Shown here: piece after piece, positions 18,122 through 27,988 of the stretch
Layout of the letters: each line of letters begins with the position of its first letter
Position numbering within the stretch: position 1 is the first letter of the stretch
From: Candidatus Poriferihabitaceae bacterium
GTDB lineage: Bacteria > Pseudomonadota > Gammaproteobacteria > Arenicellales > Poriferihabitantaceae
DNA length: 64,000 bases
Direction of reading: 5' to 3'
Assembly: GCA_965243285.1 (NCBI GenBank)
Contig: OZ251537.1
Coordinates: 2,633,019-2,697,018, forward strand
Translations under genes and position numbers: made by a program
Notes under the pieces: model-generated
Databases searched by the model: none
What the model was told of the DNA's origin: nothing
What the model saw: only the letters and a program-made list of their open reading frames with translations

Positions 18122-20596
18122 TTAGCCGCGCAATCGGACGTTTTTCGGGTCCCAAACCGGCTCGGCGAGCACCGTCGCCGCGCGTCGCTGGCCTAACAAT
18201 TCCACTTCCAACACACTGTCGGGCGCGGCAAACGCGGTCTCGACATAGGCAAAACCGAGGCTTTTGCCGGTGCTGTGACCATAGCCGCCGGAGGTGGTAA
18301 CGCCGATGGCGGCCGGGCGGCTGTGGTGGAATACCGGTTCGCCGCCGGCGATGTCGCTATCGCCGGGCGCGACTTCCACATAAATCAGTTTTTGGGCGAG
18401 ATTTTTGCGCGCTGCTATCACCGCGCTTTTGCCGATGAAATCGACCTTATCGGCGGCGAAAAAACGCTCGATATCGGCTTCCACCGGGGTGATTTCGTTG
18501 GTGAGTTCGGCGCCGAAACCTTTGTAGGCTTTTTCTAAACGTAAGGAATTCACTGCATAAACGCCGAAATTGGCCATGCCATGGGGCGCGCCGGCGGCCC
18601 ATACGGCTTCGTAAAGCGCCAGCAAATGCGCCATGGGGCAATGCAATTCCCACCCCAATTCGCCCACATAGTTGACGCGCAAAGCGCGCAACGCCACCCC
18701 GGCGACCTCGATTTCTTGGCCGCTCAGCCAAGGAAAGGCGGCATTGCTTAAATCAGCATCGCTCAGCGCCGCCAGCGTAGCGCGGGATTTCGGCCCGGCC
18801 ACCACCAGCACGCCGATATCATCGGTGACATCGGCCACCTCGGCATGCGCAAACTCGGCGGCGGCGGTGTTGAGGAGGTCGAAATCCCGGTCTTGCGCGA
18901 CCGCTCCGGAGAGGATGTAGTAGTGCCCATCGCGCACTCGGGTGACGGTGGATTCGCCGATAATTCGCCCCGCAGGCGAGAGGTAGTGGGTCAGCGCGAT
19001 GCCGCCGGGGCGCGTCGGCATGCGGTTGGCGCTGATGCGGTTCAGCAACGCCTCCGCGTCGGCGCCGGTGACTTCGTATTTGGCGAAACTCGACAAATCC
19101 AATACCCCGACGCGCTCGCGCACGGCGCGACATTCCGCGGCCACCACCGCCATGATGTTGTTATGGCGAAAGCCGATTTCTTCGACCCGCCGGTCTGGGG
19201 AGAACCATTTTGGACGCTCCCAGCCGGCGCTTTCGGTGTGTACCGCGCCTTGTTCGCGTAAGGGCTGGTACAGCGGCGTGGTTCGTTGCCGGCGCGAGGC
19301 CGGGCGCTCTTCGCCGGGCAAGTGCAGGGCATACATATGCTCGTAGTCTTGATGCGACTTGGCCTTGGTGTACTTCCCCGGGGCGTAGGCGCCGAAGCGC
19401 CGCGGGTCCACTCCCGCCATGTTGATTTCAGCGTCGCCGTGCACCATCCACTGCGCCAAATATTTGCCGGCCCCGGCGCCGGCGGCGATGCCGATGGAAG
19501 CGCCGTTGCAATGCCAATAATTATGCAGCCCGGCGGCTGGGCCGAGCAGTGGGTTGGCGTCCGGCGTGTGCGGAATGGCGCCGCACACCACGCGCTTGAT
19601 GCCTAATTCAGCCCAGGCTGGCATGCGCTGCATCACGCGCTCGATATACCGGGTGAGATTATCGAAATTGGCCTCGAACAACTCGTTTTGCGCGCTCCAT
19701 TGCGGCCCGCCGCCGTGCTGCGGCCAGCATTCCTCGGATTGGGCGGTCTCATAGATGCCGATCAAGGCCGATTTTTGCTCCTGGCGATAATAGGCCGACG
19801 GGTACGGGTCGCGCATCACCGGCATTTCGGCGTCGGAATCGGCAAATTGCGGCACCGCGTCGGTGACGATGTAGGTGTGCTTCATGTTGGTGATGGGGAT
19901 GTCGGCGCCGACCATCTGGCTGACCTGGCGGGCATAGCAACCGGCGGCGTTTACCACCATATCGCACACCACGGTGGTCGATTCGCCGCCCGAATCAGCC
20001 GCATCGCCGAGCGCGACGCGCACTTCCCATTCCCCGGAGCGGCGGCGGGAGATGGCGGTGGCGCGCGCCTGGGTGAGGATGGTGGCGCCCATTTGCCGCG
20101 CCCCTTTGGCCATGGCGTTGCACACGCCGGCCGGGTCTACATGGCCGTCGCCAGTAGTCCATGCGCCGGCTAATACACCGTCGGTATTGACCAGCGGATT
20201 GAGCTGCTGGATTTTGGCGCGATCGATAATCTCGCACTCGAAGCCGATCAACTTGCCCACGGCGGCGACGCGATGAAACCACTCGACCTCGGCCGGTTTG
20301 AGGGCAAAACGAATGCCGCCGCAGCCATGCCAGCCGACATATTGGCCGGTGATTTGCTCGAGTTTGGGATACAACCGCACGCCGTAGTCGTGGATTTTCG
20401 CCATGTTGTAATCGGCGATGAAACTCGGGCATTGCCCGGCGGCATGCCAGGTGGAGCCGGAAGTCAACTCGCCCTTTTCCAGCAACAAACAATCCGCCCA
20501 ACCGGCTTGCGCGAGGTGGTACAGCAACCCGGCGCCCATCACGCCGCCGCCGATGACGACCACCCGGGCGTGGGCGGGGAGGGTTTTGGAAGTCAC
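18122..20596 (-). CDS. dimethylglycine/sarcosine dehydrogenase-like FAD oxidoreductase fused to a GcvT aminomethyltransferase domain
   Basis: VVVIGGGVMGAGLLYHLAQAG FAD fold, followed by a GcvT-type folate-binding C-terminal half. The track ORF runs to 20806 but its first 70 codons are Pro/Ser-rich and overlap the upstream gene. A GTG at 20596 gives MTSKTLPAHARVVVIGGG. Confidence 0.85.
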   Translation of the reverse strand: MTSKTLPAHARVVVIGGGVMGAGLLYHLAQAGWADCLLLEKGELTSGSTWHAAGQCPSFIADYNMAKIHDYGVRLYPKLEQITGQYVGWHGCGGIRFALKPAEVEWFHRVAAVGKLIGFECEIIDRAKIQQLNPLVNTDGVLAGAWTTGDGHVDPAGVCNAMAKGARQMGATILTQARATAISRRRSGEWEVRVALGDAADSGGESTTVVCDMVVNAAGCYARQVSQMVGADIPITNMKHTYIVTDAVPQFADSDAEMPVMRDPYPSAYYRQEQKSALIGIYETAQSEECWPQHGGGPQWSAQNELFEANFDNLTRYIERVMQRMPAWAELGIKRVVCGAIPHTPDANPLLGPAAGLHNYWHCNGASIGIAAGAGAGKYLAQWMVHGDAEINMAGVDPRRFGAYAPGKYTKAKSHQDYEHMYALHLPGEERPASRRQRTTPLYQPLREQGAVHTESAGWERPKWFSPDRRVEEIGFRHNNIMAVVAAECRAVRERVGVLDLSSFAKYEVTGADAEALLNRISANRMPTRPGGIALTHYLSPAGRIIGESTVTRVRDGHYYILSGAVAQDRDFDLLNTAAAEFAHAEVADVTDDIGVLVVAGPKSRATLAALSDADLSNAAFPWLSGQEIEVAGVALRALRVNYVGELGWELHCPMAHLLALYEAVWAAGAPHGMANFGVYAVNSLRLEKAYKGFGAELTNEITPVEADIERFFAADKVDFIGKSAVIAARKNLAQKLIYVEVAPGDSDIAGGEPVFHHSRPAAIGVTTSGGYGHSTGKSLGFAYVETAFAAPDSVLEVELLGQRRAATVLAEPVWDPKNVRLRG

Positions 20597-20681
20597 TGGT
20601 CGCGAAGTGTTTTTAGCGGGTGAATCACTCGATGGATGACTCGATGAATCACTCCATGGCGCATTTTTGGCACTGCGGATG

Positions 20682-21401
20682 TTAAGCGGCGCTCGGCTTA
20701 TGCCTCGGGGCGAGGCCGATGTGGGTGGCGATTTCGGCGCTGATTTCGGCACTCGTCGGGGCCTCGGCATGGGTGTCGGCATGAGTGTCGGCCGGGGTGT
20801 GGACATGGGCTAACTGACCGCTCATCATCAGCACTTTATCGCGCAGATGCAGGCCGACGACGCGCGTTAAATTGTTCATCCTGATTCCGTTTTGGTAGGC
20901 GGTCATGGATATTTTATCGAACAAAACGCGGTCGGTTTTTTCCAAATCGTCCATCAATTCATGGTCGCAAAAAGCAAAACAGCGCTCTTGCACCTGATAG
21001 GCGTTCATGGCTGTGGTCAGGCGATGCAGGCGCTCGACATATATCGCCGCCACCGCCCCGGCGTCGATTTTTTCGGACAATTGTTCGCCATAAGTCGACC
21101 AACTGGTCGGACTTTTGCTCTGCTCCACGCCATTTTTGAGGTAGAGAAAAACGCCATTGCACAGCATGTCAACCTTATCGGCCAATGAGTCCACCTTGGC
21201 GTCCAGCGCCGCCACCTTGCCGGGCACTGTTTCCATCTTGCCCACCTTGGCGGATAAATCGCCCAAGGAGTTTTCCTCCTTAGACAGCCGATTTTCCATG
21301 CTGGCTTTCCAAGTGGATGCCTTCCAAAACAGCAGGAAGGTTAGGCCCAAAATAAAGGGCAAATATTCTTTTGGCGGCAGGAATTGCAGTAGGTTGTTCA
21401 T
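20682..21401 (-). CDS. hypothetical membrane-anchored coiled-coil protein
   Basis: N-terminal TM segment LPFILGLTFLLFW, then repeats AKVGKMETVPGKVAALDAKVDSLADKVDML, then a globular C-terminal part. No motif I recognise. Visibly lower GC than both neighbours. Confidence 0.5.
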   Translation of the reverse strand: MNNLLQFLPPKEYLPFILGLTFLLFWKASTWKASMENRLSKEENSLGDLSAKVGKMETVPGKVAALDAKVDSLADKVDMLCNGVFLYLKNGVEQSKSPTSWSTYGEQLSEKIDAGAVAAIYVERLHRLTTAMNAYQVQERCFAFCDHELMDDLEKTDRVLFDKISMTAYQNGIRMNNLTRVVGLHLRDKVLMMSGQLAHVHTPADTHADTHAEAPTSAEISAEIATHIGLAPRHKPSAA

Positions 21402-21447
21402 GATGATTCCGTTCAAGTGATGAAGTTGTCGAGGACTATCTACCCTA

Positions 21448-23025
21448 TCACTCTTTGCCCGCCTTCATCAGCGTCCGTGGCAGGAGCACATCAAATTCGG
21501 CGCGCAGCCGGGCGTCCAATTCATCGCTAATGTGGTCGGGAAAATGCGTGGCGAGGATTTGCTGGGTTTTTTGCTGCGCCGGTATGTTCACCGGGTTGGC
21601 GCCGATTTCTTGCCACTCCGCCGGCGTTAGGCGGTTGCCCACCTCGGGGTACACATAATCGCGCTGCATTCGCGACAAGGTGGAATCATGACCTAAAAAA
21701 TGTTCCGGGCCGGTGGTGCATACCTCGGCGATGGCGTCCACGGCAAGGGCCTCGCGGTCGGTTTCGATGCCGCGCACGCTGCGGTTGATGGCGCCGAGCA
21801 AATCGTTGTCGATAGTCGCGCCCTCGAAACTAAAGCCGAGCAAACTGCCCTGCATGCCGGCTGACTCATACACCAAATTGGCGCCGCTGTGCCCGGCCAT
21901 GGCGAGGGTATAGCCTTTTTCGCCGCCGGATTGCGCGTCTGGGATTTTCGCATCCGCCATGCCGGCGGCGATGCCGGTGGGCAGGTCGTAGAAGCGTCCC
22001 ATTTGCCCGCAGGCCGCCATCAGCACCGCTTGCTCGCCGCTGCCGCCGCTCATGGCGCCGGTGCGCAGGTCGGAGACGAACGGCCACGGCCCGAAAATGG
22101 CCGGGTGGCCGGGTTGAATCAAATTAACATACACCAGCCCGCCGAGCGCTTCGGCGCATTCCTGCGCCACCGCCCCGGCCAGGGAGGCCGGGCTGGTGGC
22201 GCCGGCCTGCCCGGCGGCCAGCAGCAAAATCGGCATGCCGCCGCGCACGCACACCTCTAACACGCGGCAGGCGTCTTCGGCGAAGCGCATGGGCGGCACC
22301 ACGAAACAACACGACACGCTGGCGAACGGGCGCGCCCGCCAGGCCTTTTCACCGCCAGCTACGCGGTGCAGCATTTTGATGGCCTCCTCGGCATGCGCCG
22401 GCTCCACATAGCTGACGCCGCAGTGTTTGGTGGTACCGCTGACCGAGGCGTAGGTGGTGTTGAGGTCCATGGCGCGCGGGCTTTCGATGTCGCGCGCCAC
22501 CATGCAGCGCTGAAAAAAATGGATGTGCTCGAGGCTATCCACCAAGCGCGAGGCATCGTATAAATCTTGTAGCGTGGATTCCCGATAGGCGCCTTTGCCG
22601 GGGTGTTTTTCGTGCGCTTTCCAATCGTCCACCACATGCACCGCGGCGCCGGCGGTGCCGAAGTGCACCTTGTTGCCGCGCAGCTGCAGGTCATGCGCCG
22701 GCGATTGGCCGTGCAAGGTGATGTTTCTGGCGGCGCGGTCGAGGGCTTGTTCGACCATGGCGCGCGGCACCAGCAGGCGGCCTTGCTCGGTCAGCGTGGC
22801 CCCGGCTTTGGTGAACATCTCTATGCAAGAGGGAATGGCGCGGGAAAAACCGACGTTTTCGAGTAAATCGAAACTCGCCTGGTCGATGCGCTTGATATCG
22901 GTCTCGGTCAGCGGCAAAAACCGCCCACCGCTTTCCCCAGGGCGCACCGGGCGGTCGGCATCCGCCGGCGGCGCGGCGCGCAAGGCCTTGCGCGCCTCGC
23001 GGCCGCCGGCGCGTTTAGCGCTCAT
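21448..23025 (-). CDS. MttB-superfamily (trimethylamine methyltransferase family) protein, non-pyrrolysine type
   Basis: 525-aa uninterrupted ORF with MttB-like N-terminal and TIM-barrel regions (DQASFDLLENVGF, TLHGQSPAHDL, FGTAGAAVHVVD). No in-frame TAG. Confidence 0.8.
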   Translation of the reverse strand: MSAKRAGGREARKALRAAPPADADRPVRPGESGGRFLPLTETDIKRIDQASFDLLENVGFSRAIPSCIEMFTKAGATLTEQGRLLVPRAMVEQALDRAARNITLHGQSPAHDLQLRGNKVHFGTAGAAVHVVDDWKAHEKHPGKGAYRESTLQDLYDASRLVDSLEHIHFFQRCMVARDIESPRAMDLNTTYASVSGTTKHCGVSYVEPAHAEEAIKMLHRVAGGEKAWRARPFASVSCCFVVPPMRFAEDACRVLEVCVRGGMPILLLAAGQAGATSPASLAGAVAQECAEALGGLVYVNLIQPGHPAIFGPWPFVSDLRTGAMSGGSGEQAVLMAACGQMGRFYDLPTGIAAGMADAKIPDAQSGGEKGYTLAMAGHSGANLVYESAGMQGSLLGFSFEGATIDNDLLGAINRSVRGIETDREALAVDAIAEVCTTGPEHFLGHDSTLSRMQRDYVYPEVGNRLTPAEWQEIGANPVNIPAQQKTQQILATHFPDHISDELDARLRAEFDVLLPRTLMKAGKE

Positions 23026-23352
23026 TAGATTTAATGGTCATGGGTTATCGGTTGGGGTTAGTGGCGCGCAATGGGTTCGCGCAATGGGTTGCGAAGGGTT
23101 GACGGAAGCGATATCGATGCCATCGATATATTAATGCAATTAATAGCCATGCAATCGATGCCGATACCATTAATATCATGCGGGCATTAATAGCGCCGTA
23201 ATCGATGCCCGCGCCATGTATATATTTAAATGAATCATGGGCGGCGCAAAATGGCAGCGATTTTTCGGGCGCGCGGCTGGGCGGTTGCACCATGGGGCGC
23301 GGCGACGCATAATCCGCCTCGTCACTCATCAATCGGCGCGCCAATTTCCCCC

Positions 23353-24600
23353 ATGCTTGAAATCATTATCCCTGCCGCTGGCGGCTTAGCCATCGGTTTG
23401 GCCATCGGCTGGCTGTGGCGTTCGCAAAGCGCCGCGGCGCCGCAAAAAATAACGCAGTTGGAGGAAGAATTGCGCTGCGCGCGCGATTCGGAAGTGGAAT
23501 CGCGCACCAAATTGGCGCATCAAAGCGAGCGATTCGATGAGGAAAAGACGCGTTTGGCGGACCTTCGCCAGCACATGGAAAGCACCTTCAAAGCCATGGC
23601 GGCGGACATCGTGCACGCCAATTCCAAGGCCTTCCTCGAGCAAGCCAATGAAAAATTCAACGCCCTGCGCGACGGTTCGGAGAAAGAATTAGAGGGCAAG
23701 AAAAAACTCATCGATGAAAAACTGGCCAGCATGGATGCAACCCTGAAAACCATCCACCACCAGTCCACGGCCCTGAAAACCAGCATCGACACCAGCCAAA
23801 AAACCACCGCCAAACTGAGCGAAGACACCGCCCGCCTGCGCGAAGTGCTTTCTTCATCGCAAAAACGCGGCCAATGGGGCGAGCGCATGGTGGTGGATAT
23901 TCTACAAGTCATCGGCTTCGTCGAAAATGTAAACTACACCCAGCAGCAACAGGTTGAATCCGGCCAGCGCCCGGATTTCACCTTCATTTTACCGCAGGAA
24001 AAAGTCCTCAATATGGATGTCAAGTTTCCCCTTGCCCGCTACGAGAATTATCTGGCCGCCGACAGCAAAGAAATTCGCGCCCAAGAAAAAACCGCCTTCC
24101 TCAAAGCTGTCGAGAAGCACATCGTATCGGTGTCCGGGCGCGAATATATCAACCCGGCCGAAGGCACCTTAAACTATGTCATGCTGTTCATCCCCAACGA
24201 ATCCATCTATGGTTTTATCAACGACAAATCCACCGAGTTGGTGGATTTTGCGCTGAGCAAACGCGTATTGTTGTGCTCGCCGCTGACCTTATACGCCATG
24301 CTGTCGCTCATCCACCAAGCGGCGCGCAATTTCCACCTCAACGAACGCGCTTCGGAGGTGATGGGATTGGTCGCCAAATTCCGCCATGAATGGAAAAAAT
24401 ACAGCGAGCAAATGGACAAATTAGGGCGCCGAATCGAAGGCTTGAGCGGCGATTTTCATGCCCTCAACACCACCCGCGCGCGGGCGCTGGAAAAACCCCT
24501 CGACAAAATCGAGAGCATCTCATTAGCCACCGCGCAGGTCGGCGACGATGCGCAGCCAGCATTAGCCAGCGCGACGAAAACTTTGCCCGGCGATGCTTAA
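23353..24600 (+). CDS. rmuC: DNA recombination protein RmuC
   Basis: N-terminal TM helix, long coiled coil, conserved C-terminal RmuC region (RPDFTFILP, MDVKFPL, VMLFIPNESIY). Confidence 0.85.
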   Translation: MLEIIIPAAGGLAIGLAIGWLWRSQSAAAPQKITQLEEELRCARDSEVESRTKLAHQSERFDEEKTRLADLRQHMESTFKAMAADIVHANSKAFLEQANEKFNALRDGSEKELEGKKKLIDEKLASMDATLKTIHHQSTALKTSIDTSQKTTAKLSEDTARLREVLSSSQKRGQWGERMVVDILQVIGFVENVNYTQQQQVESGQRPDFTFILPQEKVLNMDVKFPLARYENYLAADSKEIRAQEKTAFLKAVEKHIVSVSGREYINPAEGTLNYVMLFIPNESIYGFINDKSTELVDFALSKRVLLCSPLTLYAMLSLIHQAARNFHLNERASEVMGLVAKFRHEWKKYSEQMDKLGRRIEGLSGDFHALNTTRARALEKPLDKIESISLATAQVGDDAQPALASATKTLPGDA

Positions 24601-24709
24601 AATCATGGATGAATCATAGATTTCAAGCGTATAAGCATTCGCCGGCCATTCGCCGGCTAACTTTTTCACCTTCACATTCCATCCATTCACACCCACGAGG
24701 TCTACCGTC

Positions 24710-25180
24710 ATGAACGCTCACATCAACAAACTTTCTCGCCGCTTAGCGCAGTTGTGCCTGCTGGCTGCCATGTTAATGTCCGCCACTGCTTGGGCCGCGG
24801 ATGACGCGGTCTATACTTCGCGTTTCAGCAATTTAGGCGCCGACGGTTACGATGTCACGGCCTATTTCAGCGACAACAAAGCGGTCGAGGGCAAAAAATC
24901 CTTCAAGGCCGAATACATGGGTGCCGATTGGCTGTTTGTCAGCCAAGAAAATCTCGACAAATTTACCGCCGCCCCGGATATGTACGCCCCGCAATACGGC
25001 GGCTATTGCGCTTGGGCGGTGGCCAATGGCGACACCGCCAGCGGCGACCCTGAGCTATGGACGCTGCACGATGGCAAGTTGTATCTGAACTACAACAAGA
25101 AGATCAATAAGAGGTGGCTGGCTGATAAGGAGAATTTAATCGTCGCCGCCGATGGCAAATGGCCGGCGGTGCTGAACTAA
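24710..25180 (+). CDS. secreted YHS-domain-like protein
   Basis: Signal peptide LLAAMLMSATAWA. GYDVTAYF...GKKSFKAEYMGADWLF...YGGYCAWAV resembles the YHS-domain periplasmic family. Confidence 0.6.
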   Translation: MNAHINKLSRRLAQLCLLAAMLMSATAWAADDAVYTSRFSNLGADGYDVTAYFSDNKAVEGKKSFKAEYMGADWLFVSQENLDKFTAAPDMYAPQYGGYCAWAVANGDTASGDPELWTLHDGKLYLNYNKKINKRWLADKENLIVAADGKWPAVLN

Positions 25181-25206
25181 CCGCCGCTCGCGAAATCCGC
25201 CTACAG

Positions 25207-25239
25207 CCGCAATCCTCAGCTTGGGGATTGCGGTTTTTT
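25207..25239 (+). terminator. rho-independent terminator after the YHS-domain gene
   Basis: CCGCAATCC - loop - GGATTGCGG followed by TTTTTT. Confidence 0.75.
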
Positions 25240-25352
25240 ATGGGGGCGACTCGGCTATAAGGTTTACATTCATACATCCGCCGGCTCCATTGCGGCGTTA
25301 CTTTTTCTCATCAACTTACAGCCGTTGCGCTAAATGGCGCGCGCTTTATTTT

Positions 25353-25829
25353 ATGTTGCCCGAATCGATCATCGTAAGAGACGCCCGCTGCGAAGACGCG
25401 TCGACGCTGGCGCGTTTTAACCGCGACCTGGCCATGGAAACCGAAAATTTGAGGCTGAATCTCGAGGTGGTTTTGCGCGGCGTCGGCGCCGTGTTCGAGA
25501 ATCCGCAGCGCGGTTTTTATGTGGTCGCCGAACACCAAGCGGCGGCAAAAACCCTCGCCGCCGCATTGCTGGTGACCACCGAATGGAGCGATTGGCGATG
25601 CGGCGAGCTGTGGTGGATTCAAAGCGTCTATGTGGCCAGCCCATGGCGGCGGCGGGGCATATATCGCGCCTTATATCGGTATGTGCAGCAACGCGCCCAA
25701 TGCCATAAAACCGCGCTCGGCTTCCGCCTCTATGTCGCGCGCGACAACCACGCCGCGCAAAAAACATACACCGCATTAGGCATGCGCGAGACCCCATACA
25801 AAATGTTCGAACACCTAAACCTGCGGTAA
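25353..25829 (+). CDS. GNAT-family N-acetyltransferase
   Basis: The WRRRGIYRALY acetyl-CoA-binding (Q/R)xxGxG/A-like segment and overall size about 158 aa. The upstream part of the track ORF overlaps the terminator, so the ATG at 25353 is preferred. Confidence 0.7.
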   Translation: MLPESIIVRDARCEDASTLARFNRDLAMETENLRLNLEVVLRGVGAVFENPQRGFYVVAEHQAAAKTLAAALLVTTEWSDWRCGELWWIQSVYVASPWRRRGIYRALYRYVQQRAQCHKTALGFRLYVARDNHAAQKTYTALGMRETPYKMFEHLNLR

Positions 25830-26220
25830 ATTCAAACTCCATTTTTTTATTCGGATTTAGATATATAAATCACAAATAATAGAACGTAGTATTCACATTA
25901 ACGCCAACCAAATCCGCCGCACATCGCGCCGTCGCTCCAGCAACAAAATGCTCGACTAATGGCCGCTGTTTATGGCAGCTCAATTTGCTCTTTCTCATAC
26001 TAGTCTATATAACATAAATCCGAGTTATCTATGGCAACCCCTTATTAATGTAGTTTATCGATTGATATTTATCTGTTAATTTCATTTGTTAATTTATGGT
26101 ATCGAATCATTTTGTTATTCATTAATTTGATTTATATTAACGTGTTTGATTTATTTATTAACCAACTTTCGCTAATTCCATTGCGCTAATTTTATGGCGC
26201 GATTCCATCGCCATATTCCC

Positions 26221-27918
26221 ATGAAAAAAAACTACGATAACTTGCCGCCGGTCGACGGGCTTAATTTCGTTGCCCTATCGCCGCTTTCATTTTTGGCGCG
26301 CGCGGCGCAAACCTATGCCGACCATCCGGCGGTGATTTACGAAAATCGGCGCTACACCTGGCGCCAGACCGCGCAGCGTTGCCATCAACTGGCGGCCGGC
26401 CTGCGCCGCCTCGGCGTCGGCACTGGCTGCACCGTGTCGGTGTTGGCGGCGAACACGCCGGAATTGGTGGAAGCGCACTACGGCGTGCCCATGTGCGGCG
26501 GCGTGGTAAACGCCATCAACACGCGGCTGGATGCGGACACGGTGGCCTACATTCTCGAGCACGGCGATGCCCGAGTGCTGCTCGCCGACACGCATTTTTC
26601 CGCCACTGCGCGCATCGCCTTAGCGAAATTAAAACACCCGCCGACAGTGGTCGATATCGTAGACGACCAAGCTCCGCCGCCGGCCGGCAGTGGCGAACGA
26701 CTGGGCGCCATCACCTATGAGGAATTGCTGGCCGCTGAGACCGATGCCGGCCAAAATCAGCTCGATATCGATGCCATGCTGCCGCCATCGGAATGGGACG
26801 CCATCGCGCTGAATTACACCTCCGGCACCAGCGGCCGCCCCAAGGGCGTGGTCTACCATCATCGCGGCGCTTATTTAATGTCCATGGGCACCATCGCCGC
26901 CTGGCAACTCCCCAAACACCCGCGCTACTTGTATACCGTGCCCATGTTTCACTGCAACGGCTGGGGACATGTGTGGACCATGGCGGTGTTAGGCGGCACC
27001 ATCGTGTGCAATCGCGCTATCCGCGCCGAGGTTATTTTCGAAGCCATCGCGCGCCATAAAATCACCCACTTCGGTGGCGCGCCGGTGGTGCTGGCCATGC
27101 TCGCCGATGCGTCGCCCGAGACGCGCCAGCCCTTCGAACACACCGTGCAAGTGATGACCGCCGGCGCGCCGCCGCCGAGCGCCGTGCTGGAAAAGGTCGA
27201 GGCGCTGGGCTTCAATGTCACGCATGTTTATGGGCTAACCGAAACCTACGGCCATGTGATGTATTGCGAGTGGCGCGAGGAATGGCAGCGCTTGGGGGGC
27301 GCGCAACAAGCCGAACTAAAATCCCGCCAAGGGGTGCGGCTGCCCATGATGGAAGCGGCGCGCGTGCACGACCCACAAAGCGGTGCCGCGGTGCCGGCCG
27401 ATGGCAAAACCATCGGCGAAATCGTGTTGCGCGGCAACACCACCATGAAGGGCTATTACAAAAACCCCGAAGCCACCGCCGCCGCATTCGCCGGCGGCTG
27501 GTTTCACAGCGGTGATTTGGCGGTGGTGCACGCCGACGGCTATATTGAAATCAAAGACCGCCTCAAAGACATCATCATCTCCGGCGGCGAAAATATTTCC
27601 TCCATCGAAATCGAAGCGGCGCTGTACAAACACCCTAAAATCGCCGCGGTCGCCGTGGTGGCCAAGCCGGATGCCAAATGGGGCGAAACGCCGTGCGCGT
27701 TTGTCGAATTAATGCCCGGCGAAAATGCCAGCGAAACGGAAATCATCGAGTTTTCCCGCCTGCATTTGAGCGGCTACAAACGCCCCAAGCAAGTGGTTTT
27801 TATGCAGCTGCCGAAAACCTCCACCGGCAAAATCCAAAAATTCCAACTGCGCGAACTTGCTCGTCAAAATCAGTCTCGCCAAAATCCGGCCCGCCAAAAC
27901 GCGGCGCCAGACGGCTGA
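26221..27918 (+). CDS. AMP-forming acyl-CoA synthetase (short/medium-chain, AAE-like)
   Basis: AMP-binding signature LNYTSGTSGRPKGV, YGLTET, GWFHSGDL, PKTSTGKIQK. Confidence 0.85.
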   Translation: MKKNYDNLPPVDGLNFVALSPLSFLARAAQTYADHPAVIYENRRYTWRQTAQRCHQLAAGLRRLGVGTGCTVSVLAANTPELVEAHYGVPMCGGVVNAINTRLDADTVAYILEHGDARVLLADTHFSATARIALAKLKHPPTVVDIVDDQAPPPAGSGERLGAITYEELLAAETDAGQNQLDIDAMLPPSEWDAIALNYTSGTSGRPKGVVYHHRGAYLMSMGTIAAWQLPKHPRYLYTVPMFHCNGWGHVWTMAVLGGTIVCNRAIRAEVIFEAIARHKITHFGGAPVVLAMLADASPETRQPFEHTVQVMTAGAPPPSAVLEKVEALGFNVTHVYGLTETYGHVMYCEWREEWQRLGGAQQAELKSRQGVRLPMMEAARVHDPQSGAAVPADGKTIGEIVLRGNTTMKGYYKNPEATAAAFAGGWFHSGDLAVVHADGYIEIKDRLKDIIISGGENISSIEIEAALYKHPKIAAVAVVAKPDAKWGETPCAFVELMPGENASETEIIEFSRLHLSGYKRPKQVVFMQLPKTSTGKIQKFQLRELARQNQSRQNPARQNAAPDG

Positions 27919-27988
27919 AATTCGCGCATTTTTCACGCATTTTGCCCCCCCTTATTTCTATCCACCCCACCATCAAAATCATCTCGAC

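Noticed and set aside
20597-20806. N-terminal 70 codons of the 894-aa track ORF for the DMGDH-like enzyme.
   Set aside because: This Pro/Ser/Thr-rich segment precedes the FAD fold by about 80 residues and overlaps the 3-prime end of the upstream orphan gene. A GTG at 20596 gives a normal-length protein, so the extension is probably not translated.
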